A DNA stretch of 64,000 nucleotides from Eledone cirrhosa (Eukaryota). Numbering within the stretch: the first letter of the stretch is position 1; every line of letters starts with the position of its first letter. A model generated the notes under the pieces. It saw nothing but the letters and a program-made list of their open reading frames with translations. It ran no database searches and was not told the origin of the DNA. Below are positions 14,425-28,503 of the stretch, one piece after another. The stretch is taken from positions 159,092,001 to 159,156,000 of the forward strand of contig OZ024742.1 in NCBI GenBank assembly GCA_964016885.1, in the 5' to 3' direction. The translations under genes and the position numbers were made by a program.

Positions 14425-16696
14425 CGCAGGGCTCTGTCCTTACCCCCTTCCTATATATTATCGCTCTCCAAGATATAACGGAGGAGTTCAGGACCGGCTG
14501 CCCATGGGAACTCCTATATGCAGATGATCTAACGCTCATAGCTGAATCAATGGCTGAACTAGAGAAGAAATTCCAAACATTGAAGCATGGCCTAGAATCA
14601 AAAGGCCTTAAATTTAACCTGGCTAAGACTAAAGTTCTAATTTGTAGGAAGGAAAATAGGGCACTGGTCTCATCTGGGAAATGGCCATGCTCAGTGTGTA
14701 GGAAAGGAGTATGCAGAAACTCTATTTTATGTCCCAAATGCAAAGTATGGGTGCATAAAAGATGTAGTGGGATCACAGGTAAGCTAACTAAGAATATAGA
14801 TTTTATATGTGACCGGTGCTCAGGTGCAATAAGTAGCAGCAAGTGCCCACAGAATACTAGCTCATTCCATTGCCCAGAGGGTCCTATAGAAATAGTGGAC
14901 ACCTTCCGTTACCTGGGTGACAAAATCAGCAGTGGTGGAAGGTGCACTGAAAGTACTGTAGCTAGAGTCCGAACGGGATGGAATAAGTTCAGAGAGCTTA
15001 TACCACTATTGGCCACTAAAGGTTTCTCTCTAAAAATAAAAGGCAGGCTGTATGATGCCTGCATACGAACAGCAATGTTATATGGCAGTGAGACATGGGC
15101 CTTGTGTGCAGAGGACCTACGCAGACTGGAGAGGAATGAAGCTTGCATGCTCCGTTGGATGTGTAATAGTAATATACGCGAACAGCAAAGCATAAATGAA
15201 CTAAGTGAGAAATTAGGAATAAGAGGGATCAGATGCTGTTTACTCGAGAGAAGACTACGTTGGTATGGTCACGTGATCATCCTCATCATCATCATCATCA
15301 TTTTACGTCCGCTTTTCCCTGCTTGCAAGGGTGGGACGGGTCTTATTCAGCACAGCATCTCTCCACTCGTCACGGTCCCTCGTCATCTCCACCGTGAGCT
15401 TCAATGATCTGAGGTCTGTTCTCACCACCTCCGCCCATGTTTTTCGTGGTCTACCTCTACCATGTCTTCCTTCAACTGGCATTTCCTGGTACTTCTTCAC
15501 CCATCGGTCATCCTCCATGCGCATCACATGTCCATACCACCTCAGTCTCCTCTCCCGTACACTACATTCTATCCCTCTCAGACACAGTTTCTCTCTCAAC
15601 ACATTTATGCTGGGTCGTTCACGCACATTTACACTGCACATCCAACGGAGCATGCTTGCCTCATTTCTCTCCAGCCGTCGCATATCTTCTGCGGTAGCTG
15701 CCCATGTCTCACTACCATGCAGCATCGCGCTCCTCACACAGGCATCATACAACCGGCCTTTCGTACGCAGGGAGAAACCCTTCTTCGTCAACAGAGGAAG
15801 CAGCTCCCTAAACTTCTTCCAACCCGTCCTTATTCTAGATACTATGGCCTCGGAACACCCTCCTCCCATGCTAATCTGATCTCCTAGGTACCGGAAGCTA
15901 TCCACCACTTCTATAGCGCCCTCTCGCATTTGAAAAATGTGTCTATCAGTTCGACTTCTACTGTCTAATTTCCCTGTACATCTACTGCATACATATTTCT
16001 CCATACCTGTTAGTTTGCCTGCTATCCCGCTACATCTCTTGTGTACCCAGGACCTACATTGTGTGCATTTTATAGAATTTATGCCAGTTCCTTTTCTGTA
16101 TATCGAACATGGCCATGGAAAATGCGCATGGAAAATGACAGCTGTACAAAAGAGTGCAGGGCGATCAAAATAGACGGTAGCTATGGAGTAGGCAGACCCA
16201 GAAAAACCTGGGACGACTTGATAAAATCCGACCTCACACACTTACACCTCTCGAAGACAATGTCACTGGACCGAGATCTTTGGCGCTATGTAGTAATACA
16301 GAAGACCCAACTTACCTAAGTACAAAGTGAAACCTACAGTCAGTAGGCACCTTTTAACCAAAATACACCCCCGTCCCAACCCTACCCCCACCGCCATCTA
16401 CCTCTTTTGATGTAAAGCTATGTTGGTACCACAACATCCAGTCCTAAATAAATGAGGTCATGTAGGTGTCACAACAAAAAAACACACAGTCCACGCTGAA
16501 ATGTGACCGTGTAGGTAACACGGTAAAAACCTCCCAGTCCACTGTAAATGTGGTTGGTGTTAGGAAGGGCATCCAGCCGTAGAAAACCCGCCAGACAGTC
16601 CTGAGCAAGACAACCAATTTTGCCTCAAGTAGGACAATTCCCGTCCAGACCCATGCTAGCGTGGAAAATGGACGTTAAACGATGATGATGATGATG
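14425..16696 (+). mobile_element. RTE LINE 3' half, split by a nested insertion
   Basis: QGSVL..GCPWELLYADDL..RWYGHV breaks at 15277 and resumes at ~16122 (MRMENDSC..GRPRKTW). 3' UTR and (GAT)n tail end at ~16696. Confidence 0.9.
15278..16116 (-). mobile_element. Nested RTE LINE (second subfamily, same as 61480-63306)
   Basis: WPCSIYRKGTGINSIKCTQC..RWYGHVMRMEDDRWVKK; (CAT)n tail at 15278-15302. Confidence 0.9.
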
Positions 16697-16719
16697 TTTC
16701 CAGTTTTACCACGCCTGTT

Positions 16720-17430
16720 TTTCCACGCTTTAATGACTATTCATTGTGGTGTTCCATAATTAGGCCATTCTCTGTCTGGTTGGTTCTTAGATTTAGCCAC
16801 ACATCACTTCACTAGATTGTAGTAGACTGTTACATAGGAATGTCCAATTGTCCTCTACCTAACCCCTCCTCCTTCTAATCATATGCAACGCGTAAAGCTT
16901 TCCTGAATCTATATTTAACAGAAAGGTCCTTTAGCTTCCATTCTTCTCCAGGGAAGGATTTAACATTCAAAACCACCTGCCTATCATGTTTTCAAATAAG
17001 AAGTCAATCTGATTTGTGTGTTCACCTGATTAATAGGTGATCAGGTAGCTAGCCAGTTTTCTGAAGTTACAAGAAGGGGCCGAGGACAGAGCCTTGGGGA
17101 ACCACCATCAGCACACTAAATTCATGACTATATTTATTGCTGATTCTAACCTTACTGATTGCACCTCTATACATGGCTTGTACCAACTTAGAAGCCATTA
17201 CTCTACCCATAGTTTCCTAATACACACCAGATTATGGAGTGTATAAAGTCTCAAAATCTTTTTCTAAATCAACAAGTAATAAGTAGAGGAGTTTACTCTT
17301 AGCAAGGTACTTCTTTTGCAGGTGTCTCACAAGGACGAGGGCATCTCTGGTATCTTTACCAAGCATAAAGCCAAACTGCATCTCTTCTACGTTAATTCTA
17401 TCCTGAAATAGTTGTGCAATAACTTTTATA
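16720..17430 (-). mobile_element. Decayed RTE LINE fragments
   Basis: MQFGFMLGKDTRDAL..DLEKDF (ORF 17232-17495) plus endonuclease-region remnants. Confidence 0.65.
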
Positions 17431-17492
17431 AATATATATATATAAAATAATAATAAGCAGGAACAAAGTATGAATATAACATTACGTTTATT

Positions 17493-17585
17493 CACAAATT
17501 ATGTACATTTCGCGATCAATCAGCTTCAAGTACAATTGGTAGTCATCGAACCGAACTCTGGAAGCAATAGCTCATCAAACTTGTG
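17493..17585 (-). ncRNA. Hammerhead, long-stem-II class (single C3->U core change)
   Basis: CACAAGU-UUGAUGA-GC(60 nt in total)GC-GAAA-UGUACA-UA^AUUUGUG-AAUAAA: 7-bp stem I, palindromic AUGUACAU stem III. Confidence 0.72.
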
Positions 17586-17703
17586 GATTGAGCTATTAAT
17601 ACCAGTCAGGCCTGATCACTACCAATCATACCTTGAGCTGATCGACTGTGAAACGTGCATCCCATGTTATATTGATACTGCATTCCTGCTCATCATTATT
17701 ATT

Positions 17704-17894
17704 GGATTGGCAGTATCGGTAGAGGGTCGGATGCGATGCTTTGCAAGCAAAGAGTTACGGCCCTTTATGGTCTGAGTTCAAATCCCACCGAGGTTAACTT
17801 TGCCTTTCATCCCGACGGGGTCGATAAAATAAAGTACCAGTAATGCATTGGGATAATTGCTGGCCTTGTGCCAAAATTAGAAACAATTATTATT
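17704..17894 (+). mobile_element. tRNA-derived SINE with Nin/Deu-like domain
   Basis: gagttcaaatccc B box, GCCTTTCATCC..GGGGTCGATAAAATAAAGTACCAG, (ATT)n tail. Related copies at 28118-28300, 45175-45320 and 50895-51078. Confidence 0.8.
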
Positions 17895-18464
17895 AACATT
17901 GCACTTCTTAAGGATACCTACAATAATGAAATATTTAATATAGAATCCCACATCGGTAGCCAGACCCAAATATTAGCTTTGAGTGCTCACACTGGTGAAC
18001 CATCAATTATTAAACGTTACATATCAATACACTATACATATACACTCAGGTCCCAAATAAAGAGGGGAGGGTAAGCCAGCTGGTTCGAAAATCAGTAATT
18101 TTTCTAAGTTGTCTCCCTTGACTTTTTTTTTTTTTACAACTCAAATTAGTCGTTTAGTTTACATATTGCAGTCCCAACACATCCTATTTATTTTATAACG
18201 TATGAGATTTCTTGCAATGTACTCTTTTTGTCATGTATAACATTTTTTAATGTCTAAAGAAGATTAATTATCGCAGAAAAATGCTATCACTTAAAATAAA
18301 ATTTCGCCGGAAACAGATTAGCAAAATGTAATAAGCGGGCGGTAATAAGAGCATGAATGGGGTTAGAGTAGATAAATCTGAAACATTATTAAGTGCGTGG
18401 GATGGGGAGGGGGGGTTGACGATTATTCGAGACACAAGAGTATATATATATATATATAAATATA

Positions 18465-19178
18465 TCATCATAATCATCATCATCACCGTTTTACGTCCGT
18501 TCTTCCATGCTAGCATGGGTTAGACGGGTTGTCCTGTTGTGGGCAGTGTCTGGTCGGCTGACCATGCTTTGCTCATACAGGAACTGATTTTGGCTTGATT
18601 TCTACAGCTGGATGCCCTTCCTAACACCAACCTCATTTACAGTGAGTGCTGGGTGCTTTTTTCCGTGGCACCTACACATCCACTTTACAGTGTAGGCTGG
18701 GTGCTTTTTTCCGTGGCACCTACACATCCACTTTACAGTGTAGGCTGGGTGCTTTTTTGCTGTGGCACCTCCACGACCACCTTGCAGTGGGAGGGTGTGG
18801 AGGCATATTGTCTATATGCTTCAGCTTGTACCCATGGGAGGTCGGGTACTCTGTATTACTGCGTGACGCCAGAGGTCACGGTCGTGTGTCATCGCCTTTG
18901 AGAGGTGTAATTGGGTAAGGTCGGCTTTTATCACCTCATCCCAGGTCTTCTTGGGTCTCCCCACTCCGCGGTTTCCATTAACTTCTAGTGCTCTGCACCT
19001 TTTTATGCAGCTGTCATCCTTTATATGCATCACATGTCCATACCAACGCAACCGCCTCTCCTGCACACAGCATTTGATTCCTCTTATGCTCAGTCTCTCT
19101 CTCAATTCATCTATGCTTTTTCGTTCGCGTATATTACTATTACACATCCATCGGAGCATGCAGGCTTCGTTTCTTTCT
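18465..19178 (-). mobile_element. RTE LINE 3' fragment with three ~49-bp 3'-UTR tandem units
   Basis: ORF 18821-19159 (MLRWMC..RRLRWYGHV..GRPKKTW); repeats at 18634-18790. Confidence 0.85.
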
Positions 19179-20399
19179 AAAAAGAATATATATATATATC
19201 ATCATTTCATCATCATTTCATTTTACGTCCGCTTTTTCCTTGCTTGCAAGGGTGGGACGGGAACTGATGCTGTATATATAAACTATGCACACACAAGAGA
19301 CATAGTGAGATTAAAGGCAACTACAAGAGAAGGTAGACTTTGTATGTGACAGATACACAGGAGAAGCAAGCACCAAAACCACACATGAAATACAATTCCT
19401 CAACTGCTAGGGAGGGTTCTTTGAAGTTGTTAACAGCTTTAGTTATCTGGGTGATCTAAAAGTTTGTTTAAAAAGATTAATAGCTGATAGGTCTAAAGAT
19501 TAATAGCTGATAGGTCTAAAGATTACGTCCCTTTAGCTTGGTCTTCTAATAGAAGGGGAAAAAACTCCATCATTATCATTCTACGTCCAGCACTGCTTTT
19601 ATTTATTGCCGTTCTGTCATCCTCATAAAGTTCAGCTGTCCTAAATCAGTTTTCACCACATCGTCACATAATACTCCTTAATCTTCCTCTTCTGCAGTTT
19701 CCTTCCACTTATGGCTAAGTAGGCAGTGAACTGGCAGCGTATTGAATAAAAATGTTTTGATATTTGTTCCATCTCACTGTGCTCTGAGTTCAAATCCTAC
19801 CGAAGTCCACTTTGCCTTTCATCATTTCAAGGTCGATAAATAAAGTACCAGTCCAATATTGGGGTTGCTTCTCTTTCTTTCCCTCTCTCACATAGGAAAT
19901 CAACTATGTTCAGACTTGGAGAAGGATGGCCTCTGCCGGGTTTAAAATTCCCAAGAGAAGTAATGTCTCAGGATTGTACACTTACAACTCCAGCAAGAGT
20001 TAAGGGCCTTCTACCATGCCTCACTATTGCTAAGATCTACTTATCTGCTACATGCGAAAATTTTCTTCTCTATCCGTCTACTTCTGATCCCGTTGCATCT
20101 CTTGTGCACCCATAATTTATATTAAGCACAACATAACATTCCTATCTACTGTGGTAGGATATTGCAGGTTATTAGCTAGATACATTATGTCCTATCTGGC
20201 AGATGTTGGACATAGGGCAGTAGAGTGGTGATTCAGGAACTGGAAAGGAAACTGACTATGCTTCATTATTGATAAAGCAGAAGTATTTAAGAGAAACGTC
20301 AAAGCTGAAGCCAAGGAGAAAACCTAAACATTAATACCTAAAAGTTTGGAGTGGTTACAGTAGGAGCCAACTTGTGAAGGTGGCTACATAGATAATGAT

Positions 20400-21288
20400 T
20401 TGTAATTTAGGCACAAATCCAGCAATTTGAAGAGAGGGTAAAATATCATTAAATTCCCTCTCCCCAGCAATTGAATGGGAGTTCATTTTTAACTCCTGAA
20501 GGATGAAAGGCAAAGTTGATCTCAGTAAGATTTGGACTCAGGCAAAGTTGATCTCAGTAAGATTTGAACTCAGAATATAAAGTGCCAAAATAAATACTGC
20601 AAAGACATTTTCTTTGAAGCTCTACTGGTTCTGTCAATCCATAACCCTTAATTGATAATTACTTCTAATTTAGACACAAACGGGCAATTTGGGAAGAGGT
20701 GAGGGTGATTAAATAACCCCCAGCACTTCGTTGGCATTTTTTTTATCAACATTGAAAGCGTGAAAGGCAAAATTGACATTGGCAAGATTAGAATTCAAAA
20801 CATAAAGGATCATAAATAAATGGCGCATAGTATTTTAACCAAGGCTGCTTTTAATTCCTAATGTAGCACATGGCCTATAATTTGGAACTGAGGGGAAGTC
20901 GATTATATTAATCACAGTACTTTACTGGTACTGTATTTCATTGTCACACCCCCCATCAATCAACAATAAAATAATAAAACATGACTGTTTCCTTGACAAC
21001 TGAAATATGAAACCCCAACCACAAGTAAATGTCAACATACCTGATCTATCTTGAAGGTCATCCAGTTTGTATCCTCTGTCCATTACACGAGAAACATTGT
21101 CTTTCATTATATCGATCACCTCTCCCACTTGGTTTTGTAATCTGGATAAGAAAAAATAGTTTTGTACCTTGGTGAGTGTAATAATAATTGTTTCTACTAG
21201 GCACAAGGTCAACAATTTTGGTGGGGAGGAAAAATAAATAATAATAATAATAATAATTGTTTCAGATTTAGGCACAAGGCCAGCAAAT

Positions 21289-21319
<31 letters not shown>

Positions 21320-21710
21320 GTCGATTAAATCGATCCCAGTGCATTACTGGTGCTTTATTTTATTGACCCCGTAAGGATGAAAGGCAAAGCTAACCTCGAC
21401 GGGATCTGCACGCAGAACGTAAAGGGCCGTAACTCTATGCTGCAAAGCATGTTGTCCGAAACTCTACCAATACTGCCAATGCACCATCCCTCAATAATAA
21501 TTGTTTCTACTTTAGGCACAAGGCCAGCAATTACCCAGTGCATTACTGGTACTTTATTTTATCGACCCCGCAATAATAATAATTGTTTCTACTTTAGGCA
21601 CAAAGCCAGAAATTTAAAGGGGAGGGGAAAGTCAATTAAATCGACCCCAGTGCATTAGTGGTGCTTTATTTTAACTCCATAAGGAAGAAAGCAAAGCTAA
21701 CCTCAGCAGT
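20400..21710 (-). mobile_element. Cluster of about six Nin/Deu-type SINE copies around VAMP4 exon 4
   Basis: Repeated ttgtttcta..ttaggcacaaggccagcaa and ggatgaaaggcaaag motifs. Confidence 0.75.
21041..21141 (-). CDS. VAMP4: VAMP4 coding exon 4 (R-SNARE motif: (K)LQNQVGEVIDIMKDNVSRVMDRGYKLDDLQDRS)
   Basis: Synaptobrevin SNARE motif with zero-layer Arg (VMDRG). ttatccAG acceptor, GTATGT donor; 101 nt, phase 2->1. Confidence 0.93.
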
Positions 21711-22666
21711 ACAAGACCAAAAAACAAGGAATAGGGTTAACATTGAGTAAAGGAAAGAGAACATCAACAAAGGGAAAATAGTAGGTAAAATAATAACAAT
21801 AATTGTAATAAACAGTAATAATAACAATATAAAACAACACATGTAAACTTGTGGTTAGAATGTCTCGAAAGAATTACTGAACAGATTTTATTGGCAAAAC
21901 CAACCAGCAGGAGACCCAGGGGTAAACCCCGAGCGTGATGGTTGGATAACATCCATGAGCTTGGCTGGTCTCGCTAGGGGATTCAGCCAGATCAGTTGGA
22001 GATGGTTGCTTCTGACAGGAACCGCTGGATGGAATGTTTGAGAACTTTGCCCCAACGACCCTCTCAGGAATGAGTGGGTAAAGAAGAGAAGAAAAAGAAG
22101 AATTTGGAAAAGCTCCTCAATAGAAGGGGGTTACACTTTAGGGAAATTCGAAGGAAAATCCCAAACAAAACCCCAGATTATTCTATTGCATCAAAGGCAT
22201 TGCAAGAGACCCCTTTCTCAGCTTCTTTCCTCCTGCTTAGAAAATTGTCTACTCTCACTCATTTTTCATAAATAACACGAGAAGGTAACACCTCTCTCTC
22301 TTTCCTCACCTTCCTCTTCAAGTTGCACTTGAAGAAGGTGGTGAGGGTGGCCTGATTGGAAGAGCTTCCTTCACTATATCTACCAGGCAGAAGAAGAGCT
22401 TCCTTCAATATATCTACCAAGGAGATTCTGGTTCAATTTTAATTATAGACCTAATTGATAGCCGCATCTGTCCTAAACAAGGCTACTCGGACATGTCCAG
22501 ATGCCGATAAAGCTCATTCCAAACTGGTAATGCCCCTCAGTAATACTGCCATACCAATGTAATGATGATGATGATGATGACAAACTAAGTCATTTTAACA
22601 TATGGGAAATGAGATTTAATAATACATACTTATAACATAAAAAGAATTGTATAAAAGGATAATTAC

Positions 22667-22711
22667 TTTCCAATTTTGGGGTCGGCGATCTTCTCACCCA
22701 TACGGGGACCT
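22667..22711 (-). CDS. VAMP4: VAMP4 coding exon 3 ((K)GPRMGEKIADPKIG)
   Basis: ttcttttccAG acceptor, GTAATT donor; 45 nt, phase 2->2. Joins in frame and matches the VAMP4 GP..DKIK linker. Confidence 0.88.
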
Positions 22712-22879
22712 CTGGAAAAGAAAAGTAACACAAAGAGATTATTCAATGTTCGATGTAGGGGAGATAACTTAATATTTGTCTTCATTATATTTAAATTTAC
22801 AAAAATATTTATACAAAGTAATAAGGATATTAAAAACAGAAGAAAAGGAAAAGAAATAAAATGAAAGAAGAAATTAAAC

Positions 22880-24165
22880 AATGAAAGAAAGTGAAGAGTA
22901 GGAGGTAGCAAGAGACACCACACGCTAGTGTGAGCAGTATCACTCAGCTGCTTACTGTGGACGAAATGCCAAAGGCATTGCCACAGAGAATGGCCAGCGA
23001 CAATCTGCAACTGTCACTCTGCCTCACGGAGCTCCTTCTTTAATCAAGGTGCAGCATGTGGCACCCCATATTAGGGATTTACCTCTCTCGAATGGAAAGA
23101 GAATTATCCCATCTGGGCGCTTACCATTGCTACAATTGAGACCATCAGACTCCAGTTGTGATAGGAAGCCAGCAGCATTAAAGCTCCTTTGGATTATCAC
23201 ATTCAGACCTGCATTTCAAAGGAAGAACCCGGCATTAAGGTGACAGGATAGTGGGTGCAGATTGAACTCGTCAACAACAGCTCCGCAACAGCATCTGTGT
23301 GGCTCACACACACGGTCTGTGAGGCTGAGTCACTTTGGTGCGAGTGCACACATCTTCAAGAAGAGTAGTAGTTGATGAAGGGGCACGAAATTGAGACACA
23401 TTCTGCTCTTTAGCTGTGAGGCAGAACAGAGGCAAGTTAGACAGTGTTGGTCCAAGGAAAGCTCGATCTATTTGAAGGTTTACCTGCACTTGATGTCGTC
23501 TCTGTTTCAGGGCAACATCTGGATCAGCACTCATGTGGAGGATCTCGCTGATGAGTGTGCAGCTGGAGGAGAGTGAGAATAGGTAGGATGCCATTGCTAG
23601 ATCAGAAGTGCCTCAGAAGCCTAAGCCACCAAATTTTACAGAGAGGCTCCCCAGTTGTCTGTTGACACTGTCAAACCTGACATTGCAGATGAGTTCATCA
23701 GTGTAACGGAAAGTAGTTCCCATAAAGGTAACAGTACACACTACTAAGCATGAAGTGCAGTTTAGGAGAGAAAAAAACAATTCTTCAAAATAAAGAGTGT
23801 CAATGAGGTACATTCGATTTGTTATCCTTGTCAGGTCAGCATACTTACTCTCCAGACATACTTGTATGGCATTCAAGACAATTGGAGAGTCAAGGATAAA
23901 GGCCTTGTCTTTCAGTGTTAACCAAGCCCCTCACTTGGATAATGAGTTTGGTGTTTAGGAATTCAACTTCTCCATAGCTCACATCTATCATTTCAGACTT
24001 ACTTGGGTTGATCTTGAGCTAAAGGTGCAAGAAAGCTAGGAAGACTTGCTAAAGATCGTAGATGACAGATTCAACCAAGCCTCCAAAAGTAGCATTATCC
24101 AGGTACCAAACATTGAAGAGTGAGTGGACTGAGTGGACAATGTCATTGATATCCAGCGAGCAAAG
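22880..24165 (-). mobile_element. Decayed CRE-like non-LTR retrotransposon (RT plus restriction-like endonuclease)
   Basis: Minus-strand remnants WYLDNA, LSVKFGGLG, PLSCHLNAG..LNVIIQR..NGKRPDGIILFPFERGKSLIWGATC. Confidence 0.72.
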
Positions 24166-27062
24166 TGGGTGAAGTATAAAAATATTTCTGTTTTAGGCTG
24201 TTTTCTTTATTCACCTATTTGTAACTAAATGTATAATAATTATATTACACTTGCACCATATGTAAACTTATGTAGAACTTCGATGCCATCTTTATTTTTG
24301 CTTACACATATTTTTTTTTCCCCTTTTCAGCTAAATGCTTTTAATCACTGCTTTTTAAAACAAGATCATCTTACACAAAACGCCAACATCAGCAGTTTTC
24401 TGAGACATGGTGGCGTGCATAGACCTGTTTTTTCTCTAGAATAAATGTTTTTTTCTGCCACTGCCCAGTCTCCTCTAGCTTTCTATTTCTTCTCTAACTT
24501 TTCATTCTATTTTCTGAAAGTGGTGAAAATAGTATTTCTTTCAATAATTTAAGAACGACGACAATATAAATCATGTATATGCCAGCTTTTAGATATTATT
24601 TGGAAATTAAAGACAAAACATCCGTTGATAAGAAAGAAATGAAAGTCCTATGGATATTATAAACATAATTAGGTATAGTTTACATGTGTGTATGAATTTA
24701 TCATGCACATTGATTGCCAACTTCTAAATATAATATATAGTATGATAGTTGCTAATTAGTGTCTTGGCAAGAAAGAACAAGGCAGCCATCAAGAAAGGGC
24801 GTCACCAGTCAGCAGAACAAAACAGTACAAAGTATGAGCTGCGTAATTTACCATTAATAAAAACTTTTATAAAACCCTCTATTACGTGCCATACTTAACA
24901 TATAGTTTGAAAGTAAAATACTCAAGTGTGTGATATCAGTAAAAAACAGTGATGGATTGGGCCAGAACAAAATATAACAATATCACGAGGAGCACTGGAA
25001 AACCTCACTAGGAAAACGAAAGCAGGTTGATTGTTGGTTTGTGGTTTTGCATGGCACATCGAGGCCAAGTTCTTTTACTCTGAAGTTTCTTCTGAACCAA
25101 ATGTTAAGTTACTATCTCGGAGAAATATGTTCAAAAATCAGGAACACATATTTGCGAATGTTCTTTCTTCTATAAATGCTTTTTATATTCCCAATTAAAT
25201 GCATTTATGTTGCATTTACTTTAATTTCGTTCACATTTTAATGAATTATGTCTCATATCATCCTGTTCCTTTCTGTCATAGAATTGAATGTAGTTATCTA
25301 TAATCACATTTTTATCACGCTCTTTATATTCATTGTATTGTTAGTCAACAAATATAAACTACATATCTATACAACTAATTAACTGGTCTAGATGTCCATC
25401 CAAATCTTTATTTTAAAAAATTTCGTGTTTGTGGTTTAGGTAAAATATTTCATCTTTTAAGGTATTTTAAAAATAATTAATAATTATTTTGAAAACAAAA
25501 ACCCAATTTACAAAAACAAAAATATTAGCGAGTAAGGGCATCATTGTTTAACACCAGGAAACCTATGATAAAAATAGCTTAATTATCTCCCTTGAAATAT
25601 TTTTCAAGGGAAATAACTATCGTATACCATCAAGCAATGTATATTTTTCGTTTTGTTATAACCTTGCTTCGTTTCGCTGGGGATGCAACCAGATCAATTG
25701 GAGACAGTTGCATTTAGCACGGCCTCTGCTCCACAACCCTTCAAAGGGAAGGAAGGAGGGGAAAGGAAAGAAAGAAAGGAAAACGAAATAATTTTTTCTT
25801 TTTCTTAATAAAATAATTATTATTTTGATAACAAAAATCCATCTTACAAAAACAAAAGTATTATTAGCGACAACATTCTGAATAAAGTCATCATTGTTGT
25901 TTAACCCCAGGTCAGCATTGAATGAGCAAACTTGTGATAGAAAGAGCTTAATTATCTCTCTTGGAAATTATTTCAAGGGAAATAACTATCAAATACCATC
26001 AAGCAATATATATTTTTCGTTTTATTATGGGCCGAGGTTAACTTTGCCTTTCATCATTACGGGGTCGATAAAATAAAGTACCAGTAATGTACTGGGTAAT
26101 TGCTGGCCTTGTGCCAAAAGTAGAAACAATTATGAGCTTGATTGGTCTCGCTTGGAGATCCAGCCAGATCAATTGAAGACAGTTGCACTTGACAACGCCC
26201 ACTGGAAGGCGTGCTTGAGGTCTCTGTCCCCACGATAATTCAAAGGGAGAAAGAATAAGAAGAATTTTTTTTTTATCTTAGAGACGAAGTTGTGATGTTG
26301 ATAGAATAAGCACACTGGATATAATACATTAGTTCGAAACCTCAGAAAAATAAATAGAAGTGTGTGTATATATATGAGAGAGAGAGAGAGGGGGGGGGGG
26401 GAGAAACTTAGGACAATTAACAAGGGGAGGATAAGACAACGAACGAAAACAAAGCAAAATGAAAAACAATTTTTCAAGAGGAACCTTAAAAATACAAATG
26501 AAAGACACAGAACTCCATAGTCTTATATATAAAAGAAAGTGCCAACGTCCAGGCACGTCTTAACAGCAGGGTCAAACCTGCGGATGGTTAACTCCGTCCC
26601 AATAGCAGTGGTTGTCTAACATAAACAAAAAGACCATACAGCTTGGGGGCGAGTGAAGAGTTTTATCGATCCCAGGTTAATGATAAACACCGTCAACTTG
26701 ACGATAATTTGAACTCGGAGTACAAAAGAAACAGAGGAATACAAGGGACGTAACTAGATAAGGCTACACTATTTTTTCATGTACTAGGAAAAAATTAGTT
26801 CTGCTCTAGAGGTATCATCATCATCATCATCATCGTCGTTTAACGTCTATCTTCCAGGCTAGCATGGGTTCGACGGGTTTGTCCCATTTAGAGGCAAGTT
26901 GGGTCGGGTGACCGTTTATCGCTCATATAAGACTGTTTCTTGCTGGATGCCTTTCCTAGCGCCAACCACATTTACAGTGTGTGCTGGGTGCTTTTTGTCG
27001 TGACACCTACACGACCACTTTACAGTGGAAGTTTTGTGGAACCAACATAAAACACACACACA

Positions 27063-27095
<33 letters not shown>

Positions 27096-27639
27096 TACAT
27101 ACATATACACACATGGTCTATATATACATATGTGTGTATATATACATATCATCATCATTTCCGTCTTATATCCATTTTCCACGCTAGCATGGATTAGACA
27201 GGTTGTCCTGTTGTGGGTAATCCTAGGTCAGGTGACCATATTTTGCTCATACCGGTCAGGTTCTGGCTTAGTTCCTGCAGCTGGCTGCCCTTCCTAACGT
27301 CAACCTCAATTTACAGCAAGTACTGGGTGCTTTTTGTCGTGACGCCTACACGACCAATTTACAGAGTGCACTAATCACTTTTTGCCATGTCACCATCATG
27401 GCCACTTTACAGTGTGGGCTGTAAAGTGTAATTTCCGGTTCTTACACAATATATTTAGCGAGACAAAAATTAACTGATAATTAATTATACTATTAGATTA
27501 TCAATTTGGATTTTAAGACTTTGATCATGGTAGAACCATGGTAAGGCATTTAAACATCACCATTTTATTACTAGCGACTACATTGTAGATATACAACAAA
27601 AGACATATTATTACAACGGGTGAATATGAGAGAGAGAGA

Positions 27640-27990
27640 GCATGTCTTCGTGGTTAGAGTGTTCAAGCTCCCAATTGTAAGGTTGTGAGTTTGACACCCA
27701 GCAAACGCGTTGTGTTTTTGAGCAATCTAGTTCACATTGCTACAGTCTACACAGCTGGCAAAAATAAGTTCTAGCGGTAGTGATGGTGGTGATGATATAT
27801 TAATATTGTTGAGATCAACAGTTGTTCTATACAAACCAATGTAAAGGACCAGCCTTATCGCACCTTGTGTCACATTGAATTCTAAGAACTAAGTTAAGGG
27901 TACATGTACCTGTGGAATGCTCAGCAACTTGTACGTTAATTTCACAAGCAAGCTGTTCCATAGATTGTATCAACTGAAACACTTGTCAGA
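27640..27990 (+). mobile_element. tRNA-derived SINE (decayed)
   Basis: tRNA-like head, ttgagcaa..cacattgct, tail gttaatttcacaagcaagctgttcc (also at ~29995). Confidence 0.55.
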
Positions 27991-28503
27991 GGACCAACAC
28001 ATGTGTGAGTGTGTGTGTGTAATAGTTTTACTTTTTAAATAGCTAACATGTTTCAGTTTCAACACATGTTTAGCAATCTGTCACTGAATAACAGTAACTC
28101 AAAACTATTATAATTTGGATTGGCAGTATCGGTAGAGGGTCGGACGCCATACTTTCCAGCATAGTTACGTCCCTTTACGATCTGAGTTCAAATCCCGCCG
28201 AGGTTGACTTTGCCTTTCATCCTTACGGGGTCGATAAAATAAAGTACCAGTAATGCACTGGGTAATTGCTGGCCTTGTGCCTAAAGTAGAAACAATTATA
28301 ATTTAATGATTTACATTATTATAATATATATTGAAGAAAGTAGAGCTTATAGATTACAGTTGTTATTTGAATCACCACTTGTGTATTTTTGCAGGTGCTG
28401 AGCTAACTAAAGAAACTCAACAAAAACAAATACACAGAAGCAATTACAGGGCAGTGTATGGTAGAAATTAAAACAATGAATTACAGAATAGTAACAAGTC
28501 TCA

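Noticed and set aside
17704-17790. tRNA genes at A/B-box-like motifs
   Set aside because: No cloverleaf; they continue into multi-copy SINE bodies.
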